Shown: piece after piece, positions 12,876 through 24,532 of the stretch
Position numbering within the stretch: the first letter of the stretch is position 1
How the letters are laid out: each line of letters begins with the position of its first letter
Source of the DNA: a virus
Taxonomy: Duplodnaviria > Caudoviricetes
Strand: one strand, 5' to 3'
DNA: 64,000 nucleotides
IMG/VR virus record: IMGVR_UViG_3300028649_000004
Coordinates: 20,392-84,391 of that record
Notes under the pieces: generated by a model
What the model was told of the DNA's origin: nothing
Databases searched by the model: none
The model's input: only the letters and a program-made list of their open reading frames with translations
Translations under genes and position numbers: made by a program

Positions 12876-12895
12876 CTATTTTTATAATTTATTTA

Positions 12896-13306
12896 TTACT
12901 TTAGCATGTCTGCAATTTCATCCAACTCCAATTCAGTTTTCTTTTCATCAGATAATAACTTATCTAATTTAGCTTCCATAACTTTAAGTTTTATTTCTTC
13001 ATCTTTTCTAGAAAGTATATCTAATTTAGTTCTTATATCTATAATCCATTCTCCTACCTTGTATCCACTTATTTTATAATCATCTAACATTCCTAAGTCT
13101 TTAGCTGATAACATATAACAGTTTAATCTAACCATGAGTGGAATCAATTGTTCTTTTTGCAAAGTATTCAAGTTATATCTTTGTCCATCTAATTCAATTG
13201 AACAATTTGTTATAGGCACAAATCTATTAATACCTTCTAATTTAGTTTTCTTTTCTGTAATTTGTTTCTTTAACTCCATTATCTTTTTATCATTTATATT
13301 ACTCAT
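12896..13306 (-). CDS. Hypothetical coiled-coil phage protein
   Basis: 136-aa ORF translationally coupled to the upstream 378-aa ORF. Confidence 0.75.
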   Translation of the reverse strand: MSNINDKKIMELKKQITEKKTKLEGINRFVPITNCSIELDGQRYNLNTLQKEQLIPLMVRLNCYMLSAKDLGMLDDYKISGYKVGEWIIDIRTKLDILSRKDEEIKLKVMEAKLDKLLSDEKKTELELDEIADMLK

Positions 13307-14442
13307 TAATATCTCTCCCTTTCATATAGCTTTCCATTTTGTAAGTATTTATTTTTGTACATTGGCTGAAATTCATCATAAATTTCTTTAAGTGTTGTAT
13401 GTTTTATAAAATGTTCCCTACCATTAGTTTTATCTTCAACGTTGTAATCATCTGAATTATACTCCCCTTGTTCATCTCTTCTTTTATCAATTCTTATTTT
13501 AATTCCCACTTCATTATTATCGCTTTGATAACAATACAACCATCTATAATCATCTATTGATTCTTTTAGTTCTTCAAAAGTATATTTAAAATAGGCATCT
13601 TTGCTTTTATCATATGGTGAATATTCAGTTTTTCTTTCTAGTACATCAAATAAATCAGAATAATTTTCTACGCATTCTGAAGATATAATATCTATAAATT
13701 TATCTCCCAAAGATTTAAGCATAAGTGTACTAATATAAGGTTTATTATCATATGTTTTAGATTCTTTTACGAAAAAATGATGTTTTCCTTTATTGACATC
13801 TACTCTAATGCTTTTATATCTACTATAAGTCGAATACCAAGGACGATTACCATTTGAATCAATATCTTCTACTTCTTCATATTTATAATCCCATTTATCA
13901 AATCTGCCCATGTAAATCCACTCATTCATTGATTTATCTTTATATGTAGCTCCTAATATCAATTCCTTAGCTTTAAATTTCTTATTTTCAAATAAGACTT
14001 CATTAAATTTTGAAATCTCTTGATAGTCTGGTGAATCTACAGGTATTAATATTAAATCTTTTCCATCCCAGCCGTAAGTAAATAACCCCTCAAGTCCTTT
14101 TCCTTTAATTGAACTTGTATTCTCAAGAATATATAAAAGATTTTCTATTGTAATTTCAAACTCAAAATCTCTTGGATCATAAACTCTAACATAAGCTTGT
14201 CTATGATTCCAATCACTACAGTAATCTCCTACTTTCTTATTTAAAACAAAACCTTCAGTCGGAACATTATCATATATAATGTTTTCTATATTATTATCTC
14301 TCCAACTATTCCATGAAGCTTCTTTTCTTAAAACCCCTTTATTATCAAAATAAACAACATAAGCTAATTTCTTTGTATATGTATCACTTCTATTTTGAAA
14401 CCCTACATTTATTTGTTTTGGTATAAATATATTACTTTTCAT
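13306..14442 (-). CDS. Conserved hypothetical phage protein
   Basis: 378-aa ORF. Confidence 0.8.
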   Translation of the reverse strand: MKSNIFIPKQINVGFQNRSDTYTKKLAYVVYFDNKGVLRKEASWNSWRDNNIENIIYDNVPTEGFVLNKKVGDYCSDWNHRQAYVRVYDPRDFEFEITIENLLYILENTSSIKGKGLEGLFTYGWDGKDLILIPVDSPDYQEISKFNEVLFENKKFKAKELILGATYKDKSMNEWIYMGRFDKWDYKYEEVEDIDSNGNRPWYSTYSRYKSIRVDVNKGKHHFFVKESKTYDNKPYISTLMLKSLGDKFIDIISSECVENYSDLFDVLERKTEYSPYDKSKDAYFKYTFEELKESIDDYRWLYCYQSDNNEVGIKIRIDKRRDEQGEYNSDDYNVEDKTNGREHFIKHTTLKEIYDEFQPMYKNKYLQNGKLYERERY

Positions 14443-15250
14443 TTATTCAATTCCTTTCTTCTATTAATTTATTAAGTTCCTGTTAAAGTTAACTTTTTAA
14501 AAGCTTTTATTATAATTCTATGTATGAACAATATATTCTTCCATCATCACCCCAGTAACAACCAACTTCTTTAACTCCATCTTCCTTTTGATAATGTTCT
14601 TGTAACCATTTATGATGTTCAATCATACTACTAAAACTTATTGATTTTATATCTCTCATATTACTCACCATCCAATATTTCATTAATTTCTTTTATTTGT
14701 CTTTTCACAAAATCAAAAGCACTAATATCTTCGTCAGTATCCTCAATATCTAACAATATAATATTTCCTTTATATGTAGCCAAATTAAACCCTTCGCCTT
14801 TGACTTTGAATCTTTCATAATCAGCTCTTAATACTTCACCAATTGATTTGAAACTTTGTAACCCTACTATAATCCCACTTCTTAACCCATCTTTTAATTC
14901 TTTATTCATAACTTTCATTCTCCTTCAAATTTATTTTTATTTATCTTAATTTATTATTTATACTTTTCTGTAAGAACAACCAGTAAGAATATTACTATTG
15001 GCACACCTACAGAGAATATTATTGCTTGTATTATTCTTCCTCTAAAATCCACTTATCTTGCATATACAAGAATATAGGGCAAGGTCTATAAGTATTATTA
15101 AGTTCTATCATTAAATCTCCATATACTCCTTTAAAGAGTTTGAATTTATCATCACCGACTCTTTTAAATTTTCTATGCTTATTTGAAAGTTTGTTTAAAA
15201 ATGCTATTACTTGAAACATTGTACATTCCATTCGTTTATTCCTCCGTATT

Positions 15251-15841
15251 TTATATTTCTGATTCTATAATATCTAGGATTCTATTCATCGTAGCTTCAA
15301 AATTATCTTCATTATTAACTACATAATTACAATAGTCTTTTGCTGGTAAAACTTTTTCATTATCATCTAATGCCCTCCTACAAATTTCAAGACATTGCAT
15401 ATCTTCCATTTTACCTTCTCTTGATAAGGATCTTATTAATCTTTCTTGTAATGATACATCAATATAAATACTTACTAATGATTTTTCATAACCTAATTCA
15501 GTTAAATACTTTTCCATTTGCTTTAAGCCTTGAAAATCTAGAATTACACAATAAGTTATGTCTTTGCTGATGTCAAAACTGTCTTTTGTAACACCATATA
15601 CCCATGTTGAATTACCTATGACATTATATAATCTATGTTCAACAAAGTCTCCATTATCTAATATACTGGTTGCAGTTTTATCATCTACAAAATTATATTC
15701 AACTCCTTGGGTTTCTCCTTTTCTCATATCTCTGCTAGTGGTTGATATAATAGGTAGTACAAATTTTCTATCAACTAATTCATTTAATATTTTATCCTTA
15801 CCTGCTGAAGATGGTGCAACAATAACTATCATCTTGAACAT
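15251..15841 (-). CDS. gmk: Guanylate kinase-like protein
   Basis: P-loop APSSAGKD; STTSRDMRKGETQGVEYNFV; YG motif. Confidence 0.88.
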   Translation of the reverse strand: MFKMIVIVAPSSAGKDKILNELVDRKFVLPIISTTSRDMRKGETQGVEYNFVDDKTATSILDNGDFVEHRLYNVIGNSTWVYGVTKDSFDISKDITYCVILDFQGLKQMEKYLTELGYEKSLVSIYIDVSLQERLIRSLSREGKMEDMQCLEICRRALDDNEKVLPAKDYCNYVVNNEDNFEATMNRILDIIESEI

Positions 15842-16198
15842 TTACTCTACACCTCCAAATACATCCACATATATCGAAGTTATCGTATTTTTAATATCTG
15901 TATCAATTGAACCATTTCTATTCTTTTCTCTGCTATTATGTATTTCTATAATCTTATTATTAATTTTATCTACTTTAATTCTTAAATATCCATATTCAAC
16001 AACTATTATCTCATCTCGTATGGAAGTAATGTGCCCAGAATAAAAAGCACGTACCAGTTTGAATTGAATATTAAAATTATCAACATTTTTATTCTTTTTG
16101 GTTGTATATCTGTATTCATTAATTATGTCTTTACTTGCTCTTAACCATTTATAATTTGTTTTATTAAGCTTGTACTTTAACAATATTTTCTTTATCAT
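15842..16198 (-). CDS. Hypothetical phage protein
   Basis: 118-aa ORF abutting gmk. Confidence 0.65.
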   Translation of the reverse strand: MIKKILLKYKLNKTNYKWLRASKDIINEYRYTTKKNKNVDNFNIQFKLVRAFYSGHITSIRDEIIVVEYGYLRIKVDKINNKIIEIHNSREKNRNGSIDTDIKNTITSIYVDVFGGVE

Positions 16199-16707
16199 TT
16201 CTTTACCCTTCTTTCTTTAATATCTCTACTATTAGCATTACAGTAATGAAAGTGACTCAACCAATATTTTAAATCATAAAAACTATGATTATTAATAATT
16301 TTATTGTTATAAAACTCATATTCTTCAATTGCTAAATCTATATATTCGGATAGGTCTTTATAGTTTATATTTTTATCTATCATACTTGTTACTCTCTTTC
16401 TTTTTGGATTTTTAACATATTTAATATACCTTTTGTATTTTCTGTTTTAGTTTCTTCGCATTCATAATTCATACAACCTTCACTATAGCCATCACAAATC
16501 ATGCATTCCATTCTATTGTCATCCCAATTTAAACATTCTTTATCCTTATTCATTATTTCCAACTTCCTTCTTCCATTAATTTATTTAAATATATAGTTTT
16601 TTAAAATTAAACTCTCGCATGCTTCCATATGTTCACTCATACTCTTGTTTTCAAGCCTAACTTTCAATTAAAATCAGTATTTTAAAATGAAAATGATTAT
16701 CAGTTAT

Positions 16708-17085
16708 TTATATTCCTCTATTACTAATATAGTCACACCATTTAATAAAAGCTTTTATAATAGGCTCTGTATTTGTACTATCTGCCCATCCACAAAAACC
16801 AATAAACCCATCTCTATTAAAAGAAATACATTCTCTCCCTCCAAAATAACTTCCATCAACTTTTATATATGCATGATGCAATCCCTGTTTAGTGAATTTC
16901 TTATCTTTATAACCTAATTGTTTAACCTTCATACCCATTTCTTTTGAATACTTTGTACCATTGTTTAAATATTTTTCTAGTTCTTGATCAATAAAATATA
17001 TTAGTTTTTCTAATAATTCTATATTTATATATGCATAACTTAAACCTTTGCTTTTAAAATATTCTCTTGCTTGGTCATTATTCAC
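16708..17085 (-). CDS. Conserved hypothetical phage protein
   Basis: RECISFNRDGFIGFCGWAD motif; RBS. Confidence 0.65.
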   Translation of the reverse strand: MNNDQAREYFKSKGLSYAYINIELLEKLIYFIDQELEKYLNNGTKYSKEMGMKVKQLGYKDKKFTKQGLHHAYIKVDGSYFGGRECISFNRDGFIGFCGWADSTNTEPIIKAFIKWCDYISNRGI

Positions 17086-17289
17086 ACTCTCTTCAACTCC
17101 TTTAACATCTTATATTTTTTATTTAATTTATTGTATACCCTGTTAATTGCTTCCTGTCTTATGTATTCTTGTCTTTCACTTTCTGGAATTTGACTTAAAC
17201 ATATTTTCATAAATCTTACCTCCTTAATTATTATCTTACAACTTTTCTTAATGCTTGTCTATATTTATTTCTGTTAATTTGTTTAATTA

Positions 17290-18012
17290 TTAAAATCCAC
17301 TATATTCTCCTCCTTGATTTAACATTATTTCTAACTCATTTATAACTTCTTTTAAGGTCTTGTCCTTATCTGTTTCTTTTAATTCACGTTCTAGTTGCAG
17401 TTTTAGTCTATTTATTCTAGACTTAGGCAAATAATCACTAGGATTTTCAGTTTTATCTCTTATAAAAAATAACTCATTACTTGCTTCTATTTTTCTCGAC
17501 TCCATTTCTTTATATGACTTTTCTAATTTATCAATTCTCTTTTTTAATTTATTTATGTATTTTTCATCACATGTATTATAAAATTTAGTTACTTCTCTGC
17601 TTAAAGACCTTATCATAGAATTCTTTAGAATATCCATTTCTACTTTTAATTCTTGTTTCTTAGGCTTTTTTAGTAATGTTAAACACATATTATCTCTAGA
17701 TTCATAACTACCATATACCCCTATTTCTTTAGGAATTTCATCTTTAACTTCCTCAAATAATTCTTTAGGCATAACATAATAGTTGTAATGACCTACAAAA
17801 TTATGACCGTGTTCACTATGAAAATCAGACTTGCTTATTTTTATTTCATAGCACCTGAATATATCTTTAAAATCCATTGTCATATAATCAACTCTTTGAC
17901 GACCGAACCACCCAATAGTCACTTCAAAACATCCTAAAGTCTTTCCTATAGTTTCTTTATATATAGCTTGTTCAATCTTTTCAGTTAATTCTGTTTTAGC
18001 TATTTCAATCAC
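17290..18012 (-). CDS. MmcB-like PD-(D/E)xK nuclease with a coiled-coil tail
   Basis: FEV...RVD...CYEIKISKSDF...YNYYVMP. Confidence 0.65.
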   Translation of the reverse strand: MIEIAKTELTEKIEQAIYKETIGKTLGCFEVTIGWFGRQRVDYMTMDFKDIFRCYEIKISKSDFHSEHGHNFVGHYNYYVMPKELFEEVKDEIPKEIGVYGSYESRDNMCLTLLKKPKKQELKVEMDILKNSMIRSLSREVTKFYNTCDEKYINKLKKRIDKLEKSYKEMESRKIEASNELFFIRDKTENPSDYLPKSRINRLKLQLERELKETDKDKTLKEVINELEIMLNQGGEYSGF

Positions 18013-18060
18013 CTTCTTTACACTTTCTAATTAATAATAAATCCCCTTAAAGCACGTCAT

Positions 18061-18456
18061 TTAAAGCCTCTTAATTTTAGCTCTCTTTACAGGGGTTACA
18101 CTATATTCCACTGTAACAACTCTAGAATATTCTAATTCACTACTACAATTCGGGCAATTTATATTTCCTTCATTTGCTAATTCAAAAGCATCATCATATA
18201 TGTAACCACAATAAGGGCAAGTAAAATCATCTTCTAAAGTTTCTTCAACTTCATCTATATCAATAAAATTGATTTCATGAACTCCAACATGATGTTTTTG
18301 AATATCTAACATTCCAACATGATATATTTTATCACCTATTTTCAAATTATCGCTTATTTTAGGTTGCTTTTTTATTTTTGTAATAATCAATGTATTATCA
18401 CTTAAATTTGAATAATTTATATTTCTTCTATCTAAACTATATAATTCCCAATCCAT
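18061..18456 (-). CDS. Zinc-ribbon phage protein
   Basis: CPYC...CPNC. Confidence 0.65.
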   Translation of the reverse strand: MDWELYSLDRRNINYSNLSDNTLIITKIKKQPKISDNLKIGDKIYHVGMLDIQKHHVGVHEINFIDIDEVEETLEDDFTCPYCGYIYDDAFELANEGNINCPNCSSELEYSRVVTVEYSVTPVKRAKIKRL

Positions 18457-19032
18457 TTCGTTTTCCTCCTTAATAATTTATTATTAGTCATCTTCACCTA
18501 ACACATTTGTATAATACATCATTGACTCTTCGATTGCTTTTGCAACTTCGTATTCGATTGTGCCTTTCAATTCTTTCTGTTCGAACTTTATTCTGAGGAA
18601 GGAAGTTGCAAGCTTTATAATCTTGTGTGTTATATCATTTTTCTTTTGTTGCTTAAGTACTTCTGGAAGAGCTTTATCAATGAACTCCTCCAAAGTACAT
18701 TCCCATATATCTGTGTAACCTGTTCTCCTCTCAATAATTGCTTTCATTACATTATCCATTATTTCAATCCTCCTAACTTCATTTGAATTATCACTTTTAA
18801 TTGATACTATTATGTAATTCTAGTTCATTATGATTCACTAATTCTGAAAATCCATCATCGTCTTCTACCCAAACATCTCCACTAGGTGAAGTATTTTTTA
18901 TTTGTGGAAAATAGTTTTTAATAGTCACTATTTCATCATCATATTTAACTTTTAATCCAATCTTAATATCTTCTTTTCTCATTTTTTAACATCTCCCTTT
19001 ATGTATTTATATTAATTTGTTTGTCTAAATTA

Positions 19033-19083
19033 ATATTAGCATAAACTACCAATCAATGCAACTATTATTTCTATTAATTTATT
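19033..19083 (-). promoter_or_regulatory. sigmaA promoter with adjacent operator
   Basis: TTGCAT-N17-TAATAT; TTCTATTAATTTATT at 19069-19083. Confidence 0.6.
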
Positions 19084-19127
19084 AAATATTTTATAAAAAA
19101 TAAGGAAGTATTAAATTACTTCCTATA

Positions 19128-20333
19128 CTATTCCTTATTTTTATTATAATCTTCTAAATACATCCATGTTAATCTCATACCACCATTCAAGTTTCCACAA
19201 GTTTTAACTTTGCCTTTACAACATTTAGTGATGCTACTAGGGTCACATTTATAAAATTCTCCTGCTTTTATTGTAGACTCAAATTCTTTTTTTGTTGTCA
19301 AGCATATTACAGCTTTTTTATTGGATATATTTTTGACATTATCGCTCTTGGTATTTGTAATTTTTAAATCTTTATCATCTTTAATTATATAAGTTATTGT
19401 ACATTCGGCATTAAACCCTTCATCCTTTATCCAATCATCATATAAATTTTTAAGTTTATATGTCGCTCCTACAGAAAAGGATTCTTTTTTATACCAATCT
19501 TTTAATAATTTTTCTTCTATAAATTTACCAGTGATAGGAACGTTGTATTGAGATAATTTATATAAATAATCAACTTTCGCAGATGTTTCTAATGAGTATG
19601 GTGGTATTCTTACTGTTCCTACTGATTTACAGGCATAATATATTCGAGAATTAACTGTATTATAGTTTATAATTTTATTTTTATATTCACTTTCTTGCAT
19701 AATATAAAAATTATCAATATTTGTATTATTATGTCTTTTAATTTCTAGGTCTTTAAGATTATCAATCCATTTTAAAAATTGAAAGTCTACCGGAATACTC
19801 AATATCATTTCATTATTTTCATCATACATAGTTACCCTATTCGTTTCAAAATTAATATTATTCCATTTTATAGTTCTTAAATATATCATTTGTTTTCCAG
19901 TAATTCCGTATCTAATAAGCAACAATGGCAAAATAAATTGACTATCCACTCTGTTCATTAATTTCTCACATAAATTATAGAAATCTAATTTACTTATATA
20001 CCAAGAATTATCAATTTTATTTTCTATTTCTAATTTAAAACTTTTTTGTACTTTGTAATATTTAATACTCCATTCTAAATACTTTTTAATAAAAGCATTT
20101 ATTAGATTAAGTGTGCCCTCTTTTACATTCTTTAGCTTTTTATTACATTTGTTTATTTCTTCTAATTCAAAATAATATAAATCTTTATTAGATTCTATTT
20201 CCACCTCAGATATAAAATTAATATATAAATTCCATATGGCTTTTTGTGACACTTCGGAATAATTAGAATCCTTAAAAAATAATTGTTTGGTTTCTTGAAA
20301 ATTATTTAACATTCTATTAATTTCACCTCCCAC
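19128..20333 (-). CDS. Integrase-fold MrpR/YopR-like protein (catalytic residues absent) with a C-terminal NUMOD1-like domain
   Basis: Paralog of 34187-35338 (LLLIRYGITGKQ, IPVD, NYNTVNSR); tail KKAVICLTTKKEFES..CCKGK resembles the DNA-binding tail of the GIY-YIG protein. Confidence 0.6.
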   Translation of the reverse strand: MGGEINRMLNNFQETKQLFFKDSNYSEVSQKAIWNLYINFISEVEIESNKDLYYFELEEINKCNKKLKNVKEGTLNLINAFIKKYLEWSIKYYKVQKSFKLEIENKIDNSWYISKLDFYNLCEKLMNRVDSQFILPLLLIRYGITGKQMIYLRTIKWNNINFETNRVTMYDENNEMILSIPVDFQFLKWIDNLKDLEIKRHNNTNIDNFYIMQESEYKNKIINYNTVNSRIYYACKSVGTVRIPPYSLETSAKVDYLYKLSQYNVPITGKFIEEKLLKDWYKKESFSVGATYKLKNLYDDWIKDEGFNAECTITYIIKDDKDLKITNTKSDNVKNISNKKAVICLTTKKEFESTIKAGEFYKCDPSSITKCCKGKVKTCGNLNGGMRLTWMYLEDYNKNKE

Positions 20334-20451
20334 AGTTATATTATAATCTAAAAATACTAATAATATAACTGTTTAAGTAAAATTTTTATCCTTTATTAAA
20401 ATAAATTAAAGTAATTTTTTAAAATATATCCTTTATGTGATATTTATTATT

Positions 20452-21081
20452 TTAGTTATTAATGTTTTCTTGTTTATCCTTAGGTATTCTAGCATATTTA
20501 ATATAATGATTTCTACAATATCCTTTAGCGTAATATTTTCCATCACAACCTTTAATACTACATTGTTTTATTTTAACTTCATTAACATACAAAGGGTTTC
20601 CATGATTATACCATTTATGGTAATGACTTCTACAATAACCATTACCATAAGATTTTTCATTACAACTATTTACTTTACAGATTGTTGGGTATTTTATTCT
20701 TTTTTCAATAAGTGTTATTTCTCCATGTTTTAAATATTGATGATAATGTCTTATGCAATAACCTTTAGCTAAAATTATATCATCGCACCCTTCTACTTTA
20801 CAGGAAGATATATTATAAGTCCCTAATTCATTTTTTAATTCTAGATTTTCAAATCTTTGTTTATTATAATGGTATTTACAAAGATTTTTAGAGTAAACAT
20901 TTTTATCGCAACCATCAATTGAACATATACTATCTTGAATAATAGGATTTACCTCTAATTCAGGAGTTAATCTTCCATGATTTTTTATTTGCAAATAATG
21001 TTTCCTGCAATATTCTTTTAAGCCATATCTTTCTTTATTACAATCAACTGCATTACATTTTTCTTTTATCACATGTTTCAC
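20452..21081 (-). CDS. Cys/His zinc-binding repeat protein
   Basis: Five C-x4-C...(KG)YC-x2-HY repeats; no nuclease domain visible. Confidence 0.7.
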   Translation of the reverse strand: MKHVIKEKCNAVDCNKERYGLKEYCRKHYLQIKNHGRLTPELEVNPIIQDSICSIDGCDKNVYSKNLCKYHYNKQRFENLELKNELGTYNISSCKVEGCDDIILAKGYCIRHYHQYLKHGEITLIEKRIKYPTICKVNSCNEKSYGNGYCRSHYHKWYNHGNPLYVNEVKIKQCSIKGCDGKYYAKGYCRNHYIKYARIPKDKQENINN

Positions 21082-21227
21082 CTCGCAGTAATAGTATTAT
21101 CCATTATTTAAGGTTTATACATTTTTCACTTAACCTGTAAATTATCAATATTACAAAATATCCCAATAAATTGCAAATTTTAAAAGGGTTTTAACAAAAT
21201 TAAGGAGATAATATTTAAACTATCTCC

Positions 21228-21659
21228 TTAATTCTTATTCATTAATACATTTATTAAAATTTTATATTCTCTTGGTATTAAATTCAACATTAAATCTTTA
21301 TCGGTATATTTTAATGCTTTATTAATATTGTTTTCTATAGTAAAAGTAATAAATGATTTTAAATATCTTTCTTGATTTTTCTTTGTAGTTCCATCATAAA
21401 AATTAATATTAATGTAGTCTTGTAACTCATTAATATTAATTAATAATACATCTTTCTCAATAACATCAATAAACCTCTTAACTGCACTCTTATATTGAAA
21501 TAAGCTTGATTTAGTTTTGCCACTATTACTCTCAAATTTTTTCCAGTAAGTTTCATTTAAGCCTTTAATTTTGTGAAATTCCTTTACATCTTCTAAATGC
21601 CTGTAAAACCGTTCTGATTTTTTATAAGAGTCTCTTTTAACTGGGATCACATCTAACAT
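21228..21659 (-). CDS. Stand-alone integrase core-binding (SAM-like) domain protein
   Basis: KSSLFQYKSAVKRF...ININELQDYI...TKKNQERYLKSFITF pattern. Confidence 0.5.
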   Translation of the reverse strand: MLDVIPVKRDSYKKSERFYRHLEDVKEFHKIKGLNETYWKKFESNSGKTKSSLFQYKSAVKRFIDVIEKDVLLININELQDYININFYDGTTKKNQERYLKSFITFTIENNINKALKYTDKDLMLNLIPREYKILINVLMNKN

Positions 21660-22135
21660 ATGACAATCTCCTTTAAGATACCTTTTTATTATCTATATTT
21701 TTATAACCGTTTCTGCCCTCATAATCAATATTATAAGTAGCTTCTATCCCATATTCTTCAAATACTAAGTCTGCAATTCCTCCCATCTTTAATTTCAATT
21801 CTTTTAATGTATCAGTTTCAAAAATATCACTATCTAAGATATATATTTCATTCACAAATAATCCAACAGTATAAGCTATTTCTTTTAAATCTTTAAAAAC
21901 TATTGCATTAAATTCAACATTGACAACCTTATCTTCAATTCCCTCTTTAATAGCTTGCATAATTTCCTCATTACTAAATGATCCTGTTATCATAAATTCC
22001 ACAACCTTTCATTTATATCTTTATATTACTATTATATCATTATTTTAAAATTATATACGTATTTTATAAATTTATTTTATTAATTTGTTTAATTATAAAT
22101 CAAATGTGAGTTTTATTTGGATTTATAATTATGTA

Positions 22136-23017
22136 TTATATTACTTGTACTAGTTCTTTTAATTTTACTATATAAATCCCTTTATATAGTTTGTCTTTTG
22201 CTTTTTTTATAACATCTCTTGCATTACCATATGTATTTGTATAATTATTATCGTATATCCATTTACTTGTTTCCGTAATGGACTTTCCTTCATATATCAA
22301 ATTATAATTTCGGTCATATATGTAAATTTCTTTTGGCTTATTTATATCTTTAAATAAATTGGCTAATTCTATTTTTTTCTTAATATCATCTTTTGAAGAA
22401 TTTATATAATCATCGTACCACATCCATGATAAAGGTATATTATTTAATTTTCCTGCATATTTTCTATTGTTATTACAAACTTGTCCTATACTATTTACTC
22501 CTTTTATATTATATAATTTATTTGCAACTGAAACAGATTCAAATATTTCTCTTGTATTTAAACAAATAACTTTTTTAGCATTTGGATTTTTACCTTCATT
22601 CAAATCAGCATGATTCAAAGATATTAATAACCTACTTTCTTCCGTTGGTATACCTGAATTTCCACCAAAATTTCTATTATATCCATAATTTCTATTTGTA
22701 CTATTATAGAAAGCAATCCAACATTGTTCTTTAATATTTAATTCATCTTTAGAAAATGCCACATCAAAGTATTCGTCAACTGCAAAATTTTCAAATCCAT
22801 ATTTCTCTATTGAATTTAGTAAATATGTATTTTTATAATTGCCTTTATCTTTATTATGTTTATGATATTTATAAACTCTTTCTATTCCAATTCCACTGTA
22901 TCCATATCTTCCATTAAATCCTTTTTGATTTATAGTTTGTCCAATATAACATTTGTTATTAACCAAATTAGTTATTTTATAAATTACTCCGTATACTTCT
23001 AAGTTCCCTATTTTCAT
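22136..23017 (-). CDS. GIY-YIG homing endonuclease, free-standing
   Basis: GVIYKITNLVNNKCYIGQT...LNIKEQCWI..YN...GYN; NUMOD-like tail. Confidence 0.88.
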   Translation of the reverse strand: MKIGNLEVYGVIYKITNLVNNKCYIGQTINQKGFNGRYGYSGIGIERVYKYHKHNKDKGNYKNTYLLNSIEKYGFENFAVDEYFDVAFSKDELNIKEQCWIAFYNSTNRNYGYNRNFGGNSGIPTEESRLLISLNHADLNEGKNPNAKKVICLNTREIFESVSVANKLYNIKGVNSIGQVCNNNRKYAGKLNNIPLSWMWYDDYINSSKDDIKKKIELANLFKDINKPKEIYIYDRNYNLIYEGKSITETSKWIYDNNYTNTYGNARDVIKKAKDKLYKGIYIVKLKELVQVI

Positions 23018-23411
23018 GCAACCACCTTCTCACTAGTCACACCATTTCTTATGTAAAAGTCATTTAAACTTAAATATTCTGGAGTTTTATTTGTATCAAC
23101 ACTTTTAGCCATTTTCTTTATGTATTTATTAATTTCTTCTTCACTAAAGTCTCCATCATATATTATTTGAAAACTTTTTAAACTAATCATGTCAGGTCTA
23201 AAATTTCTAATATTAATTAAACAACCTTTATATTTAACTCTTCCATAATAATTTTTATATTCTAAAACTTGAACTTCATCACCTAATTTTTCTACTAATT
23301 CATCTATAACTTCTTTTATATTTGTTCTTTTTGTAACTATCATTTATATTCACTCTCTTTCTTCTATTAATTTATTTACAATCTATATCAATTTAATTAT
23401 TTTCAAATTCA

Positions 23412-23430
23412 AGGGAAGCCGAAACTTCCC
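23412..23430. terminator. Rho-independent terminator-like hairpin
   Basis: GGGAAG-N-CTTCCC stem downstream of the 23483 ORF. Confidence 0.45.
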
Positions 23431-23482
23431 ACATTACTTTTCATTTTAAATACTTGTTCAAAATCCTTTTAAAAACGAGATT

Positions 23483-24241
23483 TTATAATTTATATCCTAA
23501 TTTACTCAATGCATAAAATACTGCACATATCCTAGTACTTGTAACTTCCATTGATTTTCTTTTAAATCTAAGTCTGCCGTCACATGACATATCAATATCT
23601 GTATTGTCCAGTTCTCTAGACGTTTTTATAAATTCAATCATATCGTCACTTGAACAATTGTTTGGAATTAATTTAAATAATGTGTCTTTATCATTGATAA
23701 GTTTTGTATTATTAACAGCTATATATCTCATATCATCTAAATCTAATTCAATAATGTCATTAAACCCTTTGTCTTTAAGATAATCAACAACAGATTGTCC
23801 TATGTTTATAGTTGGTATAATAATTTTACAATTATCAATTCCTTTTATTGATTCTATTAATTTATTTGCAATATCTTCTAATTTGTTTTCAATAATTTTA
23901 ATAAATCTAATTATTTTTAATTCTGAATTGTTGTTCTCTTCAAATAATACTCCATAATTTATTCCTTCTCTTGACACATCAAAAGACAAATAATAATTCT
24001 TTCCATTTGGAATATCACTACTATAACTAATTCTGATATCATCATTAAATATAGTTTTAACCCTATTATTTGTGACATTATCCATTGATGTAATTACTTC
24101 TACCTCGATACTCTCATCTCCATACTGGCTCTTTTTAATCTCTCCTATGTATATATTATTAGTGTCTTTTAATTTTAGCATCTTGCCAAAATCACCCTTT
24201 GTAAAAAATACTTTTGCTTTTCCTAATTGTGTACTGTTCAT
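23483..24241 (-). CDS. Protein resembling a degenerate terminase large-subunit nuclease domain
   Basis: YYLSFDVSR, INIGQSVVDYL and RICAVFYAL echo RNaseH-like terminase motifs, with acidic catalytic residues partly lost. Confidence 0.4.
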   Translation of the reverse strand: MNSTQLGKAKVFFTKGDFGKMLKLKDTNNIYIGEIKKSQYGDESIEVEVITSMDNVTNNRVKTIFNDDIRISYSSDIPNGKNYYLSFDVSREGINYGVLFEENNNSELKIIRFIKIIENKLEDIANKLIESIKGIDNCKIIIPTINIGQSVVDYLKDKGFNDIIELDLDDMRYIAVNNTKLINDKDTLFKLIPNNCSSDDMIEFIKTSRELDNTDIDMSCDGRLRFKRKSMEVTSTRICAVFYALSKLGYKL

Positions 24242-24260
24242 TTAACATCATCCTTTCTTT

Positions 24261-24375
24261 ACTGCCTTTGCAGTCATCCTTATATTTTATAATTCACATA
24301 GATTTTCACTTGTGAATTAATTCTAAAATACCTGATAGATACTCTAGAATTACCTCACAAGGAGGTTTTATCTTT
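24261..24375 (-). ncRNA. Putative structured 5' leader, copy 1
   Basis: Homologous to 24841-24944 with compensatory base changes. Confidence 0.5.
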
Positions 24376-24532
24376 TGTTATGGTGTTAATTTTTATTTGT
24401 TCAACTTACTTAAAATTTGTTTCTTAGCTTCTAAAATTAATTCTAAGTTTTTCTTATCCATTTCATAACCGTTCATATTATCAACTCCTTTCTAAAAGCC
24501 TTTAAATGTCTTCATTTAAGTTGTTATATAAT

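Noticed and set aside
22136-23017. Group I intron around the GIY-YIG gene
   Set aside because: The ORF overlaps the upstream stop (ATGA coupling), no interrupted host gene flanks it, and no intron core is evident
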